64,000 nt of DNA from a virus: the IMG/VR virus record IMGVR_UViG_3300027777_000031, positions 1-64,000 of that record; one strand, 5' to 3'. Both the position numbers and the translations under genes were made by a program. Every line of letters begins with the position of its first letter. The stretch's first letter is position 1. Under the pieces are notes generated by a model, which did no database searches, had not been told where the DNA came from, and saw only the letters and a list, made by a program, of their open reading frames with translations. Shown piece after piece: positions 22,016 through 31,814 of the stretch.

Positions 22016-23476
22016 ATGTCAATTAACAATTCATATTTCAGTAAGAACAACACACTCATATCTCATAGCTTAACAAACACAGGAAGAAATCCTGTGACTG
22101 AGCTATTTTATGGTTCGTTAGCAACATCACAATATCCAAACGGTTTTAGCCGATTTATCTTTGATTTAGACCTAACTCTATTACAAGAAAAAGTTTCTGA
22201 TGGAACTATTTCAACAACTTGTAATGATACTATGGTTCATACATTAAGAATGGTTAATACATCAACTTTTAATCTTGAAACATTAAATACAACAACATCT
22301 CAAGGTAGATTAAGAGCAACATCATTTGATTTAATATTATTTAGAATCCCTAACAACCAATTATGGGATGAAGGGGTTGGATACGACTTCGCAGATTTGA
22401 TATACGATTATAGTAATTCTGATAAAAATTTCTCAACAAGACCATCCAATTGGATTCAAACCACAACATTAAGTGGTTGGACTGAACCGGGTATCTATAA
22501 CAATATTAATTCAGGTTCAACACCATATAGTGCCATAACAATAGTTGATACTCAACACTTCCAATTTGGAAATGAAAATATTTCATTTGATATGACAAGT
22601 GAAATTAATAGTATTTTAACGGGGGGATTAACCGGAGTTACTGGTTGGGGTATTGCTTATCTACCTCAAATTGAAAATTTAACAGGGTTAACCGAAAACT
22701 ATGAAGTTCAATTTTTTACAAGACATACCCAAACATTCTACGAACCATTCTTAGAAACAAACTACGATGACATAATTGATGATGATAGAAATAACTTTTC
22801 ATTAGGTAAAGTAAATAAGTTATACCTATATCTATATGAAGACGGTAACCCAATTAATTTAGATTCATTACCCTCAGTATCAATTTCTGACGCAAGTGGA
22901 ACACCAATACTTGGATTATCAACACCTAATTTAAGTGTTTGCCAAAGAACAAAAGGGGTTTATGAAGTTATTATCCCACCATTATTAGGATACAAAACAC
23001 CTTGTTCATTTTATGATGTTTGGAGCGATTTATACATAAACGGATTTCAAGTAGATGATATAACAAATAGTTTCACATTATACCCATTTAAAAAATCAAT
23101 CCAAATTGGAACAACAACTCAAGACCCAAAAGTTTATGGTTTTGATTTTTACGGTATCAAACAAGATGAAAAAATATACAACACAGATATTAGAAAAGTC
23201 GGAGTGGTTATCAAACAAGCTTACACTACTCAAAAATTATTACCAAACGTTGACGCTTATTATAGAGTATATGTTCGTGAAGGTCAAACTGAAGTTCAAG
23301 TTCAAGATTGGACAAAAATAAATAAAACCCCAAATGAATACTATTTTATGTTTGATACTCGAGATAAAATACCTAACGAATATTACATTGATTTAAAGGT
23401 AACTAGTAGTGGGGAAATAAACACATATAAAAAACAAATCAAATTCCAAATAGTAAATCTAAAATATTTGGAATAA
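22016..23476 (+). CDS. Putative virion structural protein
   Basis: Beta-rich, T/S-rich protein (WDEG-x-GYD motif) in the structural operon; ATG at 22016 preferred over TTG at 22001. Confidence 0.5.
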   Translation: MSINNSYFSKNNTLISHSLTNTGRNPVTELFYGSLATSQYPNGFSRFIFDLDLTLLQEKVSDGTISTTCNDTMVHTLRMVNTSTFNLETLNTTTSQGRLRATSFDLILFRIPNNQLWDEGVGYDFADLIYDYSNSDKNFSTRPSNWIQTTTLSGWTEPGIYNNINSGSTPYSAITIVDTQHFQFGNENISFDMTSEINSILTGGLTGVTGWGIAYLPQIENLTGLTENYEVQFFTRHTQTFYEPFLETNYDDIIDDDRNNFSLGKVNKLYLYLYEDGNPINLDSLPSVSISDASGTPILGLSTPNLSVCQRTKGVYEVIIPPLLGYKTPCSFYDVWSDLYINGFQVDDITNSFTLYPFKKSIQIGTTTQDPKVYGFDFYGIKQDEKIYNTDIRKVGVVIKQAYTTQKLLPNVDAYYRVYVREGQTEVQVQDWTKINKTPNEYYFMFDTRDKIPNEYYIDLKVTSSGEINTYKKQIKFQIVNLKYLE

Positions 23477-23500
23477 TCAGATATTTATAAATAAAAAATT

Positions 23501-23884
23501 ATGGCAAATAGATATTTTACAGGAACAAGCTGTGGTGATAGTTCATATATAACATTCATTGCTGATGACACAATCCTTACAGCGAATACACTTAACAAAA
23601 TTTATCAATTAGGTAGTGGTCAGTGTATTACCTTAACGGCATCAGGTGCAACCACAAACAATTACGTTACCGCAGGTATCTTTTATGGTCCTTATACTTC
23701 TTGTACTCAATGTATAACACCGGCTAACTCAGCAGGAAACACATCAATAATATGTGCCACTTGTGATGGCTCAACTTTTACTGCAACAACAGTTTCTCAC
23801 GGAATATACACTAACGGACAAAATAGAGCAATTTCACAAAATAACACGGTTTCCATCGGAGGCTTTAACGGATTAAATAACTAA
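23501..23884 (+). CDS. Small Cys/Thr-rich hypothetical protein
   Basis: Two CxxC motifs; upstream TATTTAT motif; followed by a terminator. Confidence 0.55.
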   Translation: MANRYFTGTSCGDSSYITFIADDTILTANTLNKIYQLGSGQCITLTASGATTNNYVTAGIFYGPYTSCTQCITPANSAGNTSIICATCDGSTFTATTVSHGIYTNGQNRAISQNNTVSIGGFNGLNN

Positions 23885-23887
23885 ATA

Positions 23888-23921
23888 AAAAAAGAGAAAT
23901 TAATTTTTCTCTTTTTTTTTT
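23888..23921. terminator. Intrinsic terminator
   Basis: A-tract, AGAGAAA/TTTCTCT hairpin, long T-tract. Confidence 0.6.
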
Positions 23922-23953
23922 ACCATTTTATTTTTTATTGTCAAAAATATCCT

Positions 23954-23961
23954 TACATTTG
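23954..23961 (+). promoter_or_regulatory. Bacteroidetes-type -7 promoter box
   Basis: TACATTTG matches TAnnTTTG, upstream of ORF 23987. Confidence 0.55.
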
Positions 23962-23986
23962 TACCATAAATAAAATCAAGGACAAA

Positions 23987-24427
23987 ATGAAAAGAATATT
24001 TAAATTTTTTAAAAGATTAGCGATTAGACGTATTGCAAAGGCAAGAAATCAATTTGATTACCAAGACCCGGGATTATTGGGTGATGTTCATATCTGTAAA
24101 GCAATCTGTCGTAAACTTATTACAAGTGAAGGTTCTAAATTTTTAATCGCACCATTATCAGCACAAAGATATATTAAACATTCTGAACTTGGAATATTCG
24201 TTATCCTTGACGATAAAAAAATTAGTGTAATCAATCACGAATACTACTATAGTAATATCTTAATGTCAAATAGAGATTGGGATAAACTAACAAAGATGTA
24301 TGATACAAAAGTAGAACGCATCCGACAAGAATTAAAAAATGAAATGAAATCTCAAATCAAATACTCCTTAAAGAATATTTTAGATAGAGTGGACAAATCT
24401 AAAAAAACAAAAACTCCTACTGAGTAA
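23987..24427 (+). CDS. Hypothetical basic protein
   Basis: 146-aa ORF with its own promoter box. Confidence 0.6.
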   Translation: MKRIFKFFKRLAIRRIAKARNQFDYQDPGLLGDVHICKAICRKLITSEGSKFLIAPLSAQRYIKHSELGIFVILDDKKISVINHEYYYSNILMSNRDWDKLTKMYDTKVERIRQELKNEMKSQIKYSLKNILDRVDKSKKTKTPTE

Positions 24428-24439
24428 GGGTTTTTTTAT

Positions 24440-25432
24440 TTAAAACATATCTTCAAGTTTATCTAAATGTTTTTTAACAATCTCTAAGTCACCAATGTCG
24501 GTATAATCAAATCCTTTACTCTTTAAAGTCTGAACCTCAGTGTGTAAATGTAACATCATTTGTTTAATCATATTTGACATTGTAGGATACGATTCAATCA
24601 TTTTATCCAAATGATAAGATTCTTTTGGTAATTTTAAAACATCCCCAATTTTCTTAACCCAATCCTTACCATAATTGTCCGCATCCATTTCCATCTCCCA
24701 ATAGATTTTAAAGAACTCTTCAAAATCCTCAATATCCCCCATATATGAATCCTTCATATCAAAATCCTTCATTTGTTGTTCGTGTTTTAATTCGTGGAAT
24801 AACACATAAACAAACGAGGCAAAATTGGAAAACATCTCAGGTGAACATATTATAATCATATTACTTGTTCTCACACCTTTAAAACCAGTGTTACAAGAAT
24901 TTAATACTTTTATCACATACCCTCTATCCTGAATAAAATCTTTTATCTTTTCAGCAATTAAATTAAAATGATTAATTTTATCCTCAGGAATATCTTTTCT
25001 AAATTTATCAATAACTCTATCGTAATTTGAACTTGTTTTTAGACCATTTGGGACAATATCTTCCAAAATGGTATCATTGGTTATCTCAACCCATTCTGTT
25101 ACAATAGGGACTATTTTCTGACCTTTTTTGCCGGGCGTTTGATTAATGTTATCACCATCATCATCATTCATCATAGGGTGATTTTTAATTTTTTTAGAAA
25201 TTTTTAAGGCTTCCCTCTCCATTTTAACAATCTTATTCTTTGGAGTACTCATTTGACCATCATAACTATCATACGCCAACTCAGCATCATCATATTTTGA
25301 TGTCGCCACAGTGAAAGGTTGTAATTGTTCTTTATTAAAAAGTCTAACACCCGGACTCATTGGAATTCTAAATGAACCCGAACCACCAGTACCTGTCGCC
25401 TCTTTAATCTGTATTTTGTTATTTTTGTTCAT
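24440..25432 (-). CDS. Putative HEXXH metalloprotease-domain protein
   Basis: FHELKHEQQ plus downstream E-x-DA; N-terminal IKEA leader. Confidence 0.55.
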   Translation of the reverse strand: MNKNNKIQIKEATGTGGSGSFRIPMSPGVRLFNKEQLQPFTVATSKYDDAELAYDSYDGQMSTPKNKIVKMEREALKISKKIKNHPMMNDDDGDNINQTPGKKGQKIVPIVTEWVEITNDTILEDIVPNGLKTSSNYDRVIDKFRKDIPEDKINHFNLIAEKIKDFIQDRGYVIKVLNSCNTGFKGVRTSNMIIICSPEMFSNFASFVYVLFHELKHEQQMKDFDMKDSYMGDIEDFEEFFKIYWEMEMDADNYGKDWVKKIGDVLKLPKESYHLDKMIESYPTMSNMIKQMMLHLHTEVQTLKSKGFDYTDIGDLEIVKKHLDKLEDMF

Positions 25433-25460
25433 ATACTTATAAATATACTAAAATTTAATT

Positions 25461-25685
25461 ATGGAACAACAACCTGAACTATTTGGAAAGTTATTTGAAT
25501 CAATCCCAATTCACACCGAAGAACACTTAGACGCAATCCTTGATACTATGACAAAGGAACACGCAATCTATTACCTAACACAAGCCGTAAAATACGCATA
25601 CCAAGCAGGAATATACTCAATAGGTGAATGTGAAGTAATCTCAAAATCAATTAGAATCACCAATAAAAAAGAAAAAGAGGACTAA
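25461..25685 (+). CDS. Hypothetical protein
   Basis: 74-aa ORF. Confidence 0.55.
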   Translation: MEQQPELFGKLFESIPIHTEEHLDAILDTMTKEHAIYYLTQAVKYAYQAGIYSIGECEVISKSIRITNKKEKED

Positions 25686-26371
25686 TTGTCCTCTAATATT
25701 TTATTCGACTTACGGATATTTTCCTCACCCCACATTGGTTGAAGATTATCCAAACACCAACACTTCATAAACTCCTCGTCTCCAATTTCCTGTATGTCAA
25801 ATGATGTAATAGGTAATTTATGGTCTACGTGCCATACCCCGTAATTTTCCCACGTCATATCATCCTTAAATTGGTTTTCTAAATGAACAATCAATTCCTC
25901 AGGACTATATTGTAGAACATCAAAGTAATGTCCGTTCTTCTCCACATTACTCTCCTTTAAAACCTGATATATCGCAGTTCTGAAATTAGAGATTAGTTTA
26001 TAGAGGGGGTCAGACGATTTACGATTTCTTTCGTAATCACGTTTTATTTGACGAATTTTATCTACATTATTTTCTCGGTACTCTTTAATATATTCATTCC
26101 ATTTATCTTTGTTATTTTCATACCAAATTTTATGTTTTTTAGATAATTTTTCTTTATTTTTTTCTCTGTATTTTTTATCAGCAACTTTTTTACCCCCAAT
26201 ATTTCTTCTACCGGATGGACCAAGAACAACACCATTATCTCTTAATGTATTTAGAACAATTGTTTTATGTATTTTTAATTTTTCACTAATAGTGGGGGAA
26301 CCTAATAAATCTTCAGTATAAAGTTTTATGATTTCACTGACCTGTGATTCTGTTAATTCTATTTTTCTCAT
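25682..26371 (-). CDS. HNH endonuclease with N-terminal HTH
   Basis: MTWENYG-x-WHVDH-x-x-P...LDNLQPMW-x-x-EN-x-x-K; start placed at MRKIELTE. Confidence 0.85.
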   Translation of the reverse strand: MRKIELTESQVSEIIKLYTEDLLGSPTISEKLKIHKTIVLNTLRDNGVVLGPSGRRNIGGKKVADKKYREKNKEKLSKKHKIWYENNKDKWNEYIKEYRENNVDKIRQIKRDYERNRKSSDPLYKLISNFRTAIYQVLKESNVEKNGHYFDVLQYSPEELIVHLENQFKDDMTWENYGVWHVDHKLPITSFDIQEIGDEEFMKCWCLDNLQPMWGEENIRKSNKILEDN

Positions 26372-26426
26372 ATTAATAAATATAATATATTTGTCCAAAA
26401 AATCAACTATAACAAAATTAAAATAA

Positions 26427-26452
26427 AAAAAAGGGACATATAGTCCCTTTTT
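26427..26452. terminator. Intrinsic terminator after the major capsid gene
   Basis: A-tract GGGAC-ATATA-GTCCC T-tract. Confidence 0.75.
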
Positions 26453-26474
26453 GTTAAATATTTTAAGATTTTGA

Positions 26475-28322
26475 TTATCTCAATTCTCTTAAATCGAATG
26501 TTCTAACACCATCAACAGTAATTCTTCCGTAAAAGCGATTGTTGACCATCTTCTTAGCGTAACGGGTCATAATACCTTTTATCGGTGTAAAGTTGAATGG
26601 GTTGTACATTGTTGGAGTTAATTGTAACGGTACATACGGTGCGTAGATGTATCCTGTGTCTAACAATGATGTTCCTTTGTGTCCTACTAACACTGTGTTA
26701 GCTGGGAAGTAAGGGTCACGGTAAACTTGGTAACGTCCTGCTAATGTTCCAACTCTCTCAATACCCATATTGTATTGGTCTTGCTCAGGAGACGCGTTAG
26801 ATACGTGGAAGTATTCTAAATCGTCAAAGATAGCAGAGATTTCAGAAGAAACCACAATCCAGTTAGCACCACCTCTTAAAGTAGATTTGTGGATTTGAGC
26901 TGATAATTGGTTAATCGCTGTGATTAACGTTTGGTTCCAGTCTTTTTGAGTGTAGTTTGTAGTTGCAGAAATTCTTCTCCATCCGTTGTAATCCCATCTT
27001 AAAGTCCAAGCTGCACCTTTACGTAAATCTCTTAAGATTTCACGGTCGATTTCAGCCGCAACTTGTTCAGATAATAAAGCTGTTAATTCAGCTTCAGCAT
27101 CGATGTTATGGAAAGCCGCAACGTCTTGAGCTAACTCAGGAGACCATTGTGCTCTTAATTTTCTTTCAGTTACAGAAACTGTTACAGAATCTAAGTCGAA
27201 AGAAACCTCACCGATTTTATCTTCGAATTCTAATTCTTCGTAACGTCTGAATACCGCTTTAATGTTAGTTTGACTCGCTGATACACCACTCCAAGTAGCT
27301 GCTAATAAAGTAGCTCCTGAGTATCCATCAGGTGTTGATTGACTACAAGATACACATACAGGTACTTGAGTATCAATTTCTAAGTAAATAGTACCTTGTG
27401 CAGAACAGATATTTTTGAATGAACCTCCATTACCATCTGATGCCCAAGAAGTTTGACTTGTACTACCATATTGAACAATTCCTTGACCATATTTTTGAGT
27501 AACAACTCTAAATAATAAGTTAGTAAATGTATTTGTTCCTAATTGAGCCGCAACTGCCGCGTTATCAGTATACAATTTAAGACCTGATAAGAATTCTTCA
27601 GTATCCATTTCTTGACCCATAGGACCAATTAATTTTCCATCACCTGTGTTAGAGAAACCTGACATAGCGATTAAGATTTTTCTAAATTCAGTGTTTGCTG
27701 TTGTAGTATATGCTGCAGGAATTAACGCTCCATTAGACCATTGTACTGTAGTACAAGATGCTGTAATAGCTGACCATCTACCTTTAGAATAATCAAATAA
27801 ACCTTCAGGGTCTAAACCTGGTTCAGTTCCTTCGTAGAATAAATCATAAAGGTTTTTTTGGTAAGCACCTGTGTCAGTACCATAACCAGCACCCGGATTA
27901 CCAGGATAGTTACCCGGAGAACCTACCGGTGCGTAGTGTTGACCTGAATTAGCCTCAATACCATTTGCAGAAGTCGCTCCTGTATATCCTTGAATTTTAG
28001 GTACAAAGAAGAATAATTTACCGATTGGTAAATTCATTGCTTGTACAGATACGATTTCATTCGCTAATAATTTAGAGAATACTCTTCTTACGATAGGGAA
28101 AACAACAGTTTCAAAAGCTCCGTTAGAACCTTCACCTGTAGCTTCGTTTATCAAGAAAGACGCTTGGTTCTCATATAACTGAGCTACGTTTTCTCTCATA
28201 TGTCCTTTAAGACCTTCTAGGAATCCTAATTTATCCCATTTGTTGATTGTGTCTTCTTTAATAACTTTAAGGTGTTTTAACCCAATGTTACCTACAAGAC
28301 CTGATTCTAATAATGCTCCCAT
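26475..28322 (-). CDS. Major capsid protein (T4 gp23-like)
   Basis: PIVRRVF, VSVQAM, RKLRAQWSPELAQD, IDAEAEL, EIDREI, YAPYVPL, GIMTRYA. Confidence 0.96.
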   Translation of the reverse strand: MGALLESGLVGNIGLKHLKVIKEDTINKWDKLGFLEGLKGHMRENVAQLYENQASFLINEATGEGSNGAFETVVFPIVRRVFSKLLANEIVSVQAMNLPIGKLFFFVPKIQGYTGATSANGIEANSGQHYAPVGSPGNYPGNPGAGYGTDTGAYQKNLYDLFYEGTEPGLDPEGLFDYSKGRWSAITASCTTVQWSNGALIPAAYTTTANTEFRKILIAMSGFSNTGDGKLIGPMGQEMDTEEFLSGLKLYTDNAAVAAQLGTNTFTNLLFRVVTQKYGQGIVQYGSTSQTSWASDGNGGSFKNICSAQGTIYLEIDTQVPVCVSCSQSTPDGYSGATLLAATWSGVSASQTNIKAVFRRYEELEFEDKIGEVSFDLDSVTVSVTERKLRAQWSPELAQDVAAFHNIDAEAELTALLSEQVAAEIDREILRDLRKGAAWTLRWDYNGWRRISATTNYTQKDWNQTLITAINQLSAQIHKSTLRGGANWIVVSSEISAIFDDLEYFHVSNASPEQDQYNMGIERVGTLAGRYQVYRDPYFPANTVLVGHKGTSLLDTGYIYAPYVPLQLTPTMYNPFNFTPIKGIMTRYAKKMVNNRFYGRITVDGVRTFDLRELR

Positions 28323-28357
28323 TTTTTTGGTTTTTATTAATTTTAATTTATTTATTT

Positions 28358-29914
28358 TTATTTTATTTTTGTCATTAAATCTTTCATTCTTAAGAACTGT
28401 GGATTCTCATATGTTTTAGATTCAATTAAGTTAACTGCTCCTGTAGAAGGTGATTTTGCAATTGTTCTCTCGATTGACTCATTCATAGATTGAGTTTTAG
28501 TTCCTGCAGATAATTCGTTTTTAACAACTTGATATAAATTTTTAGATTCTTTAATAGTTTCAACACTATCAAATCTTCTTAAAATGTTAATTTTTTCTTG
28601 TTTTGATGTTGAGTGTTCAGTGAACAAACGTGTAGCGTAAGCTAAGTTTGAGTTGAATACCGCAACCTCGTTTAATTTACTTCTAAAAACATTAAGTGCT
28701 TTTCTGTATTCTTCATTTTTTTCTCTAAGAATTTGTAATTCTTTGTTTGAAGAACTTTCTTTAATATTCGCATTAAAACTTGAATGAGCAAATGGTTTAG
28801 GTAAACCACCTTTTCTGAAATTAGACCCCATACCTAAAGTACGAACTCCTTCTTTAGTTTCAGATTTTTTCACAATAGGTTTTTTTGTTACTTCTTCTTT
28901 AGACTCAACTTTTTTAACCATTTTGTTTTTACCTAATTTATTACCAGCGTTTTCACCTTCTTTATATTCAAATTTAGGTTTTCCGGTAAATCTTGTAGGT
29001 TTAGCGTGGTCAGCGTGTTTCAACTTTGTTGGAGTTGCAAAACCATCACCTAAACTTGGATTTTTGTCGTATTTGAATTTAGATGGATTTCCAATGTTTT
29101 TACCAACAGGTTTTACAGACATTTTTTTAGATTCAGATTCGTAGATAGATTCATCCATCTCTTCTTCATCCTCTTCATCATCCATTTCGATTTCATAAAC
29201 GATTTCATCGTCCATATCATCTTCTTCATCCATTTCAAAATCTTTGTAGTGTCCATCACGTCTTTTAAAATCGTGGTCATTTCCACCCCATTCTTCGTCT
29301 TCGTCGTCCATATCTTCATCATCAGAACTAAACATTCTTTCAACAATACTTTCGATAGTTTCACCATCCATATCGTCTTCATCCATATCGTCTTCATCCA
29401 TTTCTTCCCAAGACTCGTCCATTTCTTCTTCTTCACCTTCACCAACAATCATATACTCTTTACCGGTTCCCTCATCTTTTAAGTGAGTGTTTCCTTTGTC
29501 GTCTTTTGTAACAACAATGTTATCATCCGGTCCCATAAGTTGAAATACTCTAAGTACTTCTTCATCGTCAGCATCAGTTAAGTCGATAGTGTCTTCGTCG
29601 TCCATATCTTCTTCGTCGTCACCGTCTTCATCTGAGTCGTCAGTATCATCAGTATCAATTTCGTCACCGTCATCTTCTGCATCATCACCAAATTTAATAT
29701 CGGCGATATCCTCAGAACCTTCAGGTCCTTCCATTTCAACGTCATCAGTTTCAACCTCATCATCTGCTTGTTCAGTTAGAGATTCTTTTACTAGGTCTTT
29801 GATTTCTTGTTTCATAGTAGAAGCAAGTATTCCTTTTGCGTTTTCAGCTACCGCTTCTTCCAAATTTTTCATTTGGATGATAGCCTCTTCAACTAAAGAT
29901 TTTTCTTTTGCCAT
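28358..29914 (-). CDS. Prohead core/scaffolding protein
   Basis: Very acidic coiled-coil protein directly upstream of the capsid gene, with many I/L-x-E sites. Confidence 0.75.
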   Translation of the reverse strand: MAKEKSLVEEAIIQMKNLEEAVAENAKGILASTMKQEIKDLVKESLTEQADDEVETDDVEMEGPEGSEDIADIKFGDDAEDDGDEIDTDDTDDSDEDGDDEEDMDDEDTIDLTDADDEEVLRVFQLMGPDDNIVVTKDDKGNTHLKDEGTGKEYMIVGEGEEEEMDESWEEMDEDDMDEDDMDGETIESIVERMFSSDDEDMDDEDEEWGGNDHDFKRRDGHYKDFEMDEEDDMDDEIVYEIEMDDEEDEEEMDESIYESESKKMSVKPVGKNIGNPSKFKYDKNPSLGDGFATPTKLKHADHAKPTRFTGKPKFEYKEGENAGNKLGKNKMVKKVESKEEVTKKPIVKKSETKEGVRTLGMGSNFRKGGLPKPFAHSSFNANIKESSSNKELQILREKNEEYRKALNVFRSKLNEVAVFNSNLAYATRLFTEHSTSKQEKINILRRFDSVETIKESKNLYQVVKNELSAGTKTQSMNESIERTIAKSPSTGAVNLIESKTYENPQFLRMKDLMTKIK

Positions 29915-30032
29915 TGTTTTTATATAGTTTTTAATATATAAATATCTCCCAATATGAAAAAAGTTTAAATTAAACTTAAATCACATTAGGTTTTTTATAC
30001 ATTGATAAATATCACCATAAAATAAAAAGCAT

Positions 30033-30060
30033 AAAAAAAGAGGACATATAGTCCTCTTTT
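30033..30060. terminator. Intrinsic terminator
   Basis: A-tract GAGGAC-ATATA-GTCCTC T-tract, near copy of the 26427 hairpin. Confidence 0.7.
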
Positions 30061-30081
30061 ATTTAATAATTAAGATTTTAA

Positions 30082-30291
30082 TTACTCAATAACTTCGTCG
30101 ATTTTACTTTCAACAATTGATGTGATTCTCCACTCCATTGTGTAATGTTCAAAAACTTTAGTAACTTTAGCCTCTACATCAGTAGGGTTGTAACCACTTA
30201 CTAATTTTTCTTCTCTCATTTTTTTAATCTTTCCTGATTCGTTATCAACTGAATCTAAGGTAACTTTTGCGATAAAATACTTTTCTTCCAT
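30082..30291 (-). CDS. DUF4494-like small protein
   Basis: YF-x-AKV...GKIKK-x-RE-x-x-LV...EAKV...I-x-SI-x-ESKI-x-EV pattern recalled from Bacteroidetes and their phages. Confidence 0.55.
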   Translation of the reverse strand: MEEKYFIAKVTLDSVDNESGKIKKMREEKLVSGYNPTDVEAKVTKVFEHYTMEWRITSIVESKIDEVIE

Positions 30292-30305
30292 TTTTTGTTA
30301 TTTAT

Positions 30306-31031
30306 TTAGTATCCCAAATAATCGTTTAATTTTTTCATTAAGTCAAGCGATTTGTTTCCGGAATCTCCAACGTGTCTTTCAACACTCATTTTTTTCTCTT
30401 CTTCTAAGTTCTCATCGTATAGATGTTTGTCATCTTTATTTAAGAATAGATATGCTCCCGGAGTTGAAGGTGACGATACTAAGTCAAAACAGATTAATTC
30501 AAAATCATCCTGTACTTCATTTTGTTCCCCAATTTTTTTAAGTGACCCTACACCTCTTGAAGAGATACCTAACGTAACTCCTTGTCTAAGGTAGTTAGCG
30601 GCTAAGTCACCTTTGGTTGACACAATCCCTCTTTCGTGGAATCCCGGTGAAGTAAGTAATTTAATCTTACCCATTAGGACATTACCTTCCCACCATACTT
30701 CAGTGATTGCGTGAGATACTCTATCTAAATCGATTAGAGATGATTCAGGGTGATTTAACTCAGATAGAGCAGTTCCCTTCTTAATCATTTTTTTATAGTT
30801 CTCAGCCTCTCTTTTTAATATACGTTCAGGATATGTTCTACCATTTCTATTTGGGGTGTCATATTTTTGTAATACGGCATAAAATTCAAATGGTTTTGAG
30901 TGGTCTAACATTTCGTTAGATTCTCTAATTAAAGTTTCATTACGAGTATCATTTGGGTTAACATACCCTGCATCGTATTCAACTAATATACCTTTTCCTG
31001 ATTCGTTCGGTTGTAATATTCTTAAACTCAT
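30306..31031 (-). CDS. Prohead core protein protease (T4 gp21-like)
   Basis: NRNGRTYP, ELNHP, VSH, GISSRGVGS, FDLVSSPSTPGA. Confidence 0.94.
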   Translation of the reverse strand: MSLRILQPNESGKGILVEYDAGYVNPNDTRNETLIRESNEMLDHSKPFEFYAVLQKYDTPNRNGRTYPERILKREAENYKKMIKKGTALSELNHPESSLIDLDRVSHAITEVWWEGNVLMGKIKLLTSPGFHERGIVSTKGDLAANYLRQGVTLGISSRGVGSLKKIGEQNEVQDDFELICFDLVSSPSTPGAYLFLNKDDKHLYDENLEEEKKMSVERHVGDSGNKSLDLMKKLNDYLGY

Positions 31032-31054
31032 TTCAAATGTTTTATTTATAAATA

Positions 31055-31525
31055 TTAAACATTCTCGGTTTGTAACGATTCTTCTATTAATTTGCTCTTT
31101 TTGGTTAGATAAAAATTAAAATTTTCATTGTTTAAAAAATTATCTTTAAAAATTTGATGTGTAATTTGTTGTAACGATTCTTTGATTTCATTTCCTTTAA
31201 AATCCATATCTTCTTGGATTAGGTAAAAATTTATTTCAAGATTCATAAATGATTTTTTATTTACATTTAGTCCGCTGGACCTTAAATCTAAATCTACTAT
31301 AAATTTTTCATCAAAAATTTTTTTGTTTATTGTCTCGTAAATTGAGTGTTTGATACTTCTACTTAGGTTAAGGACTGTTCTTGTCCAATTATCACATTCA
31401 TAAATTGGTTCGACCCAAGTTTGTATGTTTAAGTAGAGAGATTTGAGTTGGATTGAATCTACCGTTCCATATACAATTTTAGCTGTTTTGAATCCGTGTA
31501 GTAGAGAAGTTTTTCCCTTTTTCAT
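31055..31525 (-). CDS. Hypothetical protein
   Basis: 156-aa ORF divergent from rpsU. Confidence 0.6.
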   Translation of the reverse strand: MKKGKTSLLHGFKTAKIVYGTVDSIQLKSLYLNIQTWVEPIYECDNWTRTVLNLSRSIKHSIYETINKKIFDEKFIVDLDLRSSGLNVNKKSFMNLEINFYLIQEDMDFKGNEIKESLQQITHQIFKDNFLNNENFNFYLTKKSKLIEESLQTENV

Positions 31526-31597
31526 TAAATTTCATATTTTCCCGTTTATTTTTTAAAATAATAGGGATTTTTATGTGTAATGTCAAAACTTTTTTGT

Positions 31598-31603
31598 AGG
31601 AGG
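31598..31603 (+). promoter_or_regulatory. Perfect Shine-Dalgarno core upstream of rpsU
   Basis: AGGAGG 7 nt before ATG 31611 and 16 nt before ATG 31620. Confidence 0.6.
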
Positions 31604-31610
31604 AAGATAT

Positions 31611-31814
31611 ATGTATTATATGATAATAGTAAAACTAAATAACAACGTAACGATTGAAAAGGCTTTAAAACTTTATAAAAGTAAAGTTATTAAGACTCGT
31701 CAAAGTGGGGAACTTTTTAAAAGAAAGGAATTTGTTAAGAAGTCTGTTATTAAGAGAAATGAACTTTCTAAGGCTAAGTATGTCCAAAAAAAGTTCAATT
31801 CTGATAATGATTAA
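31611..31814 (+). CDS. rpsU: Phage-encoded 30S ribosomal protein bS21
   Basis: IEKALK-x-YK-x-K-x-x-KT...L-x-x-RKEFVK-x-SV-x-KR...KA-x-Y; opposite strand within the head module, as known for bS21-encoding phages; start may be 31620. Confidence 0.88.
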   Translation: MYYMIIVKLNNNVTIEKALKLYKSKVIKTRQSGELFKRKEFVKKSVIKRNELSKAKYVQKKFNSDND

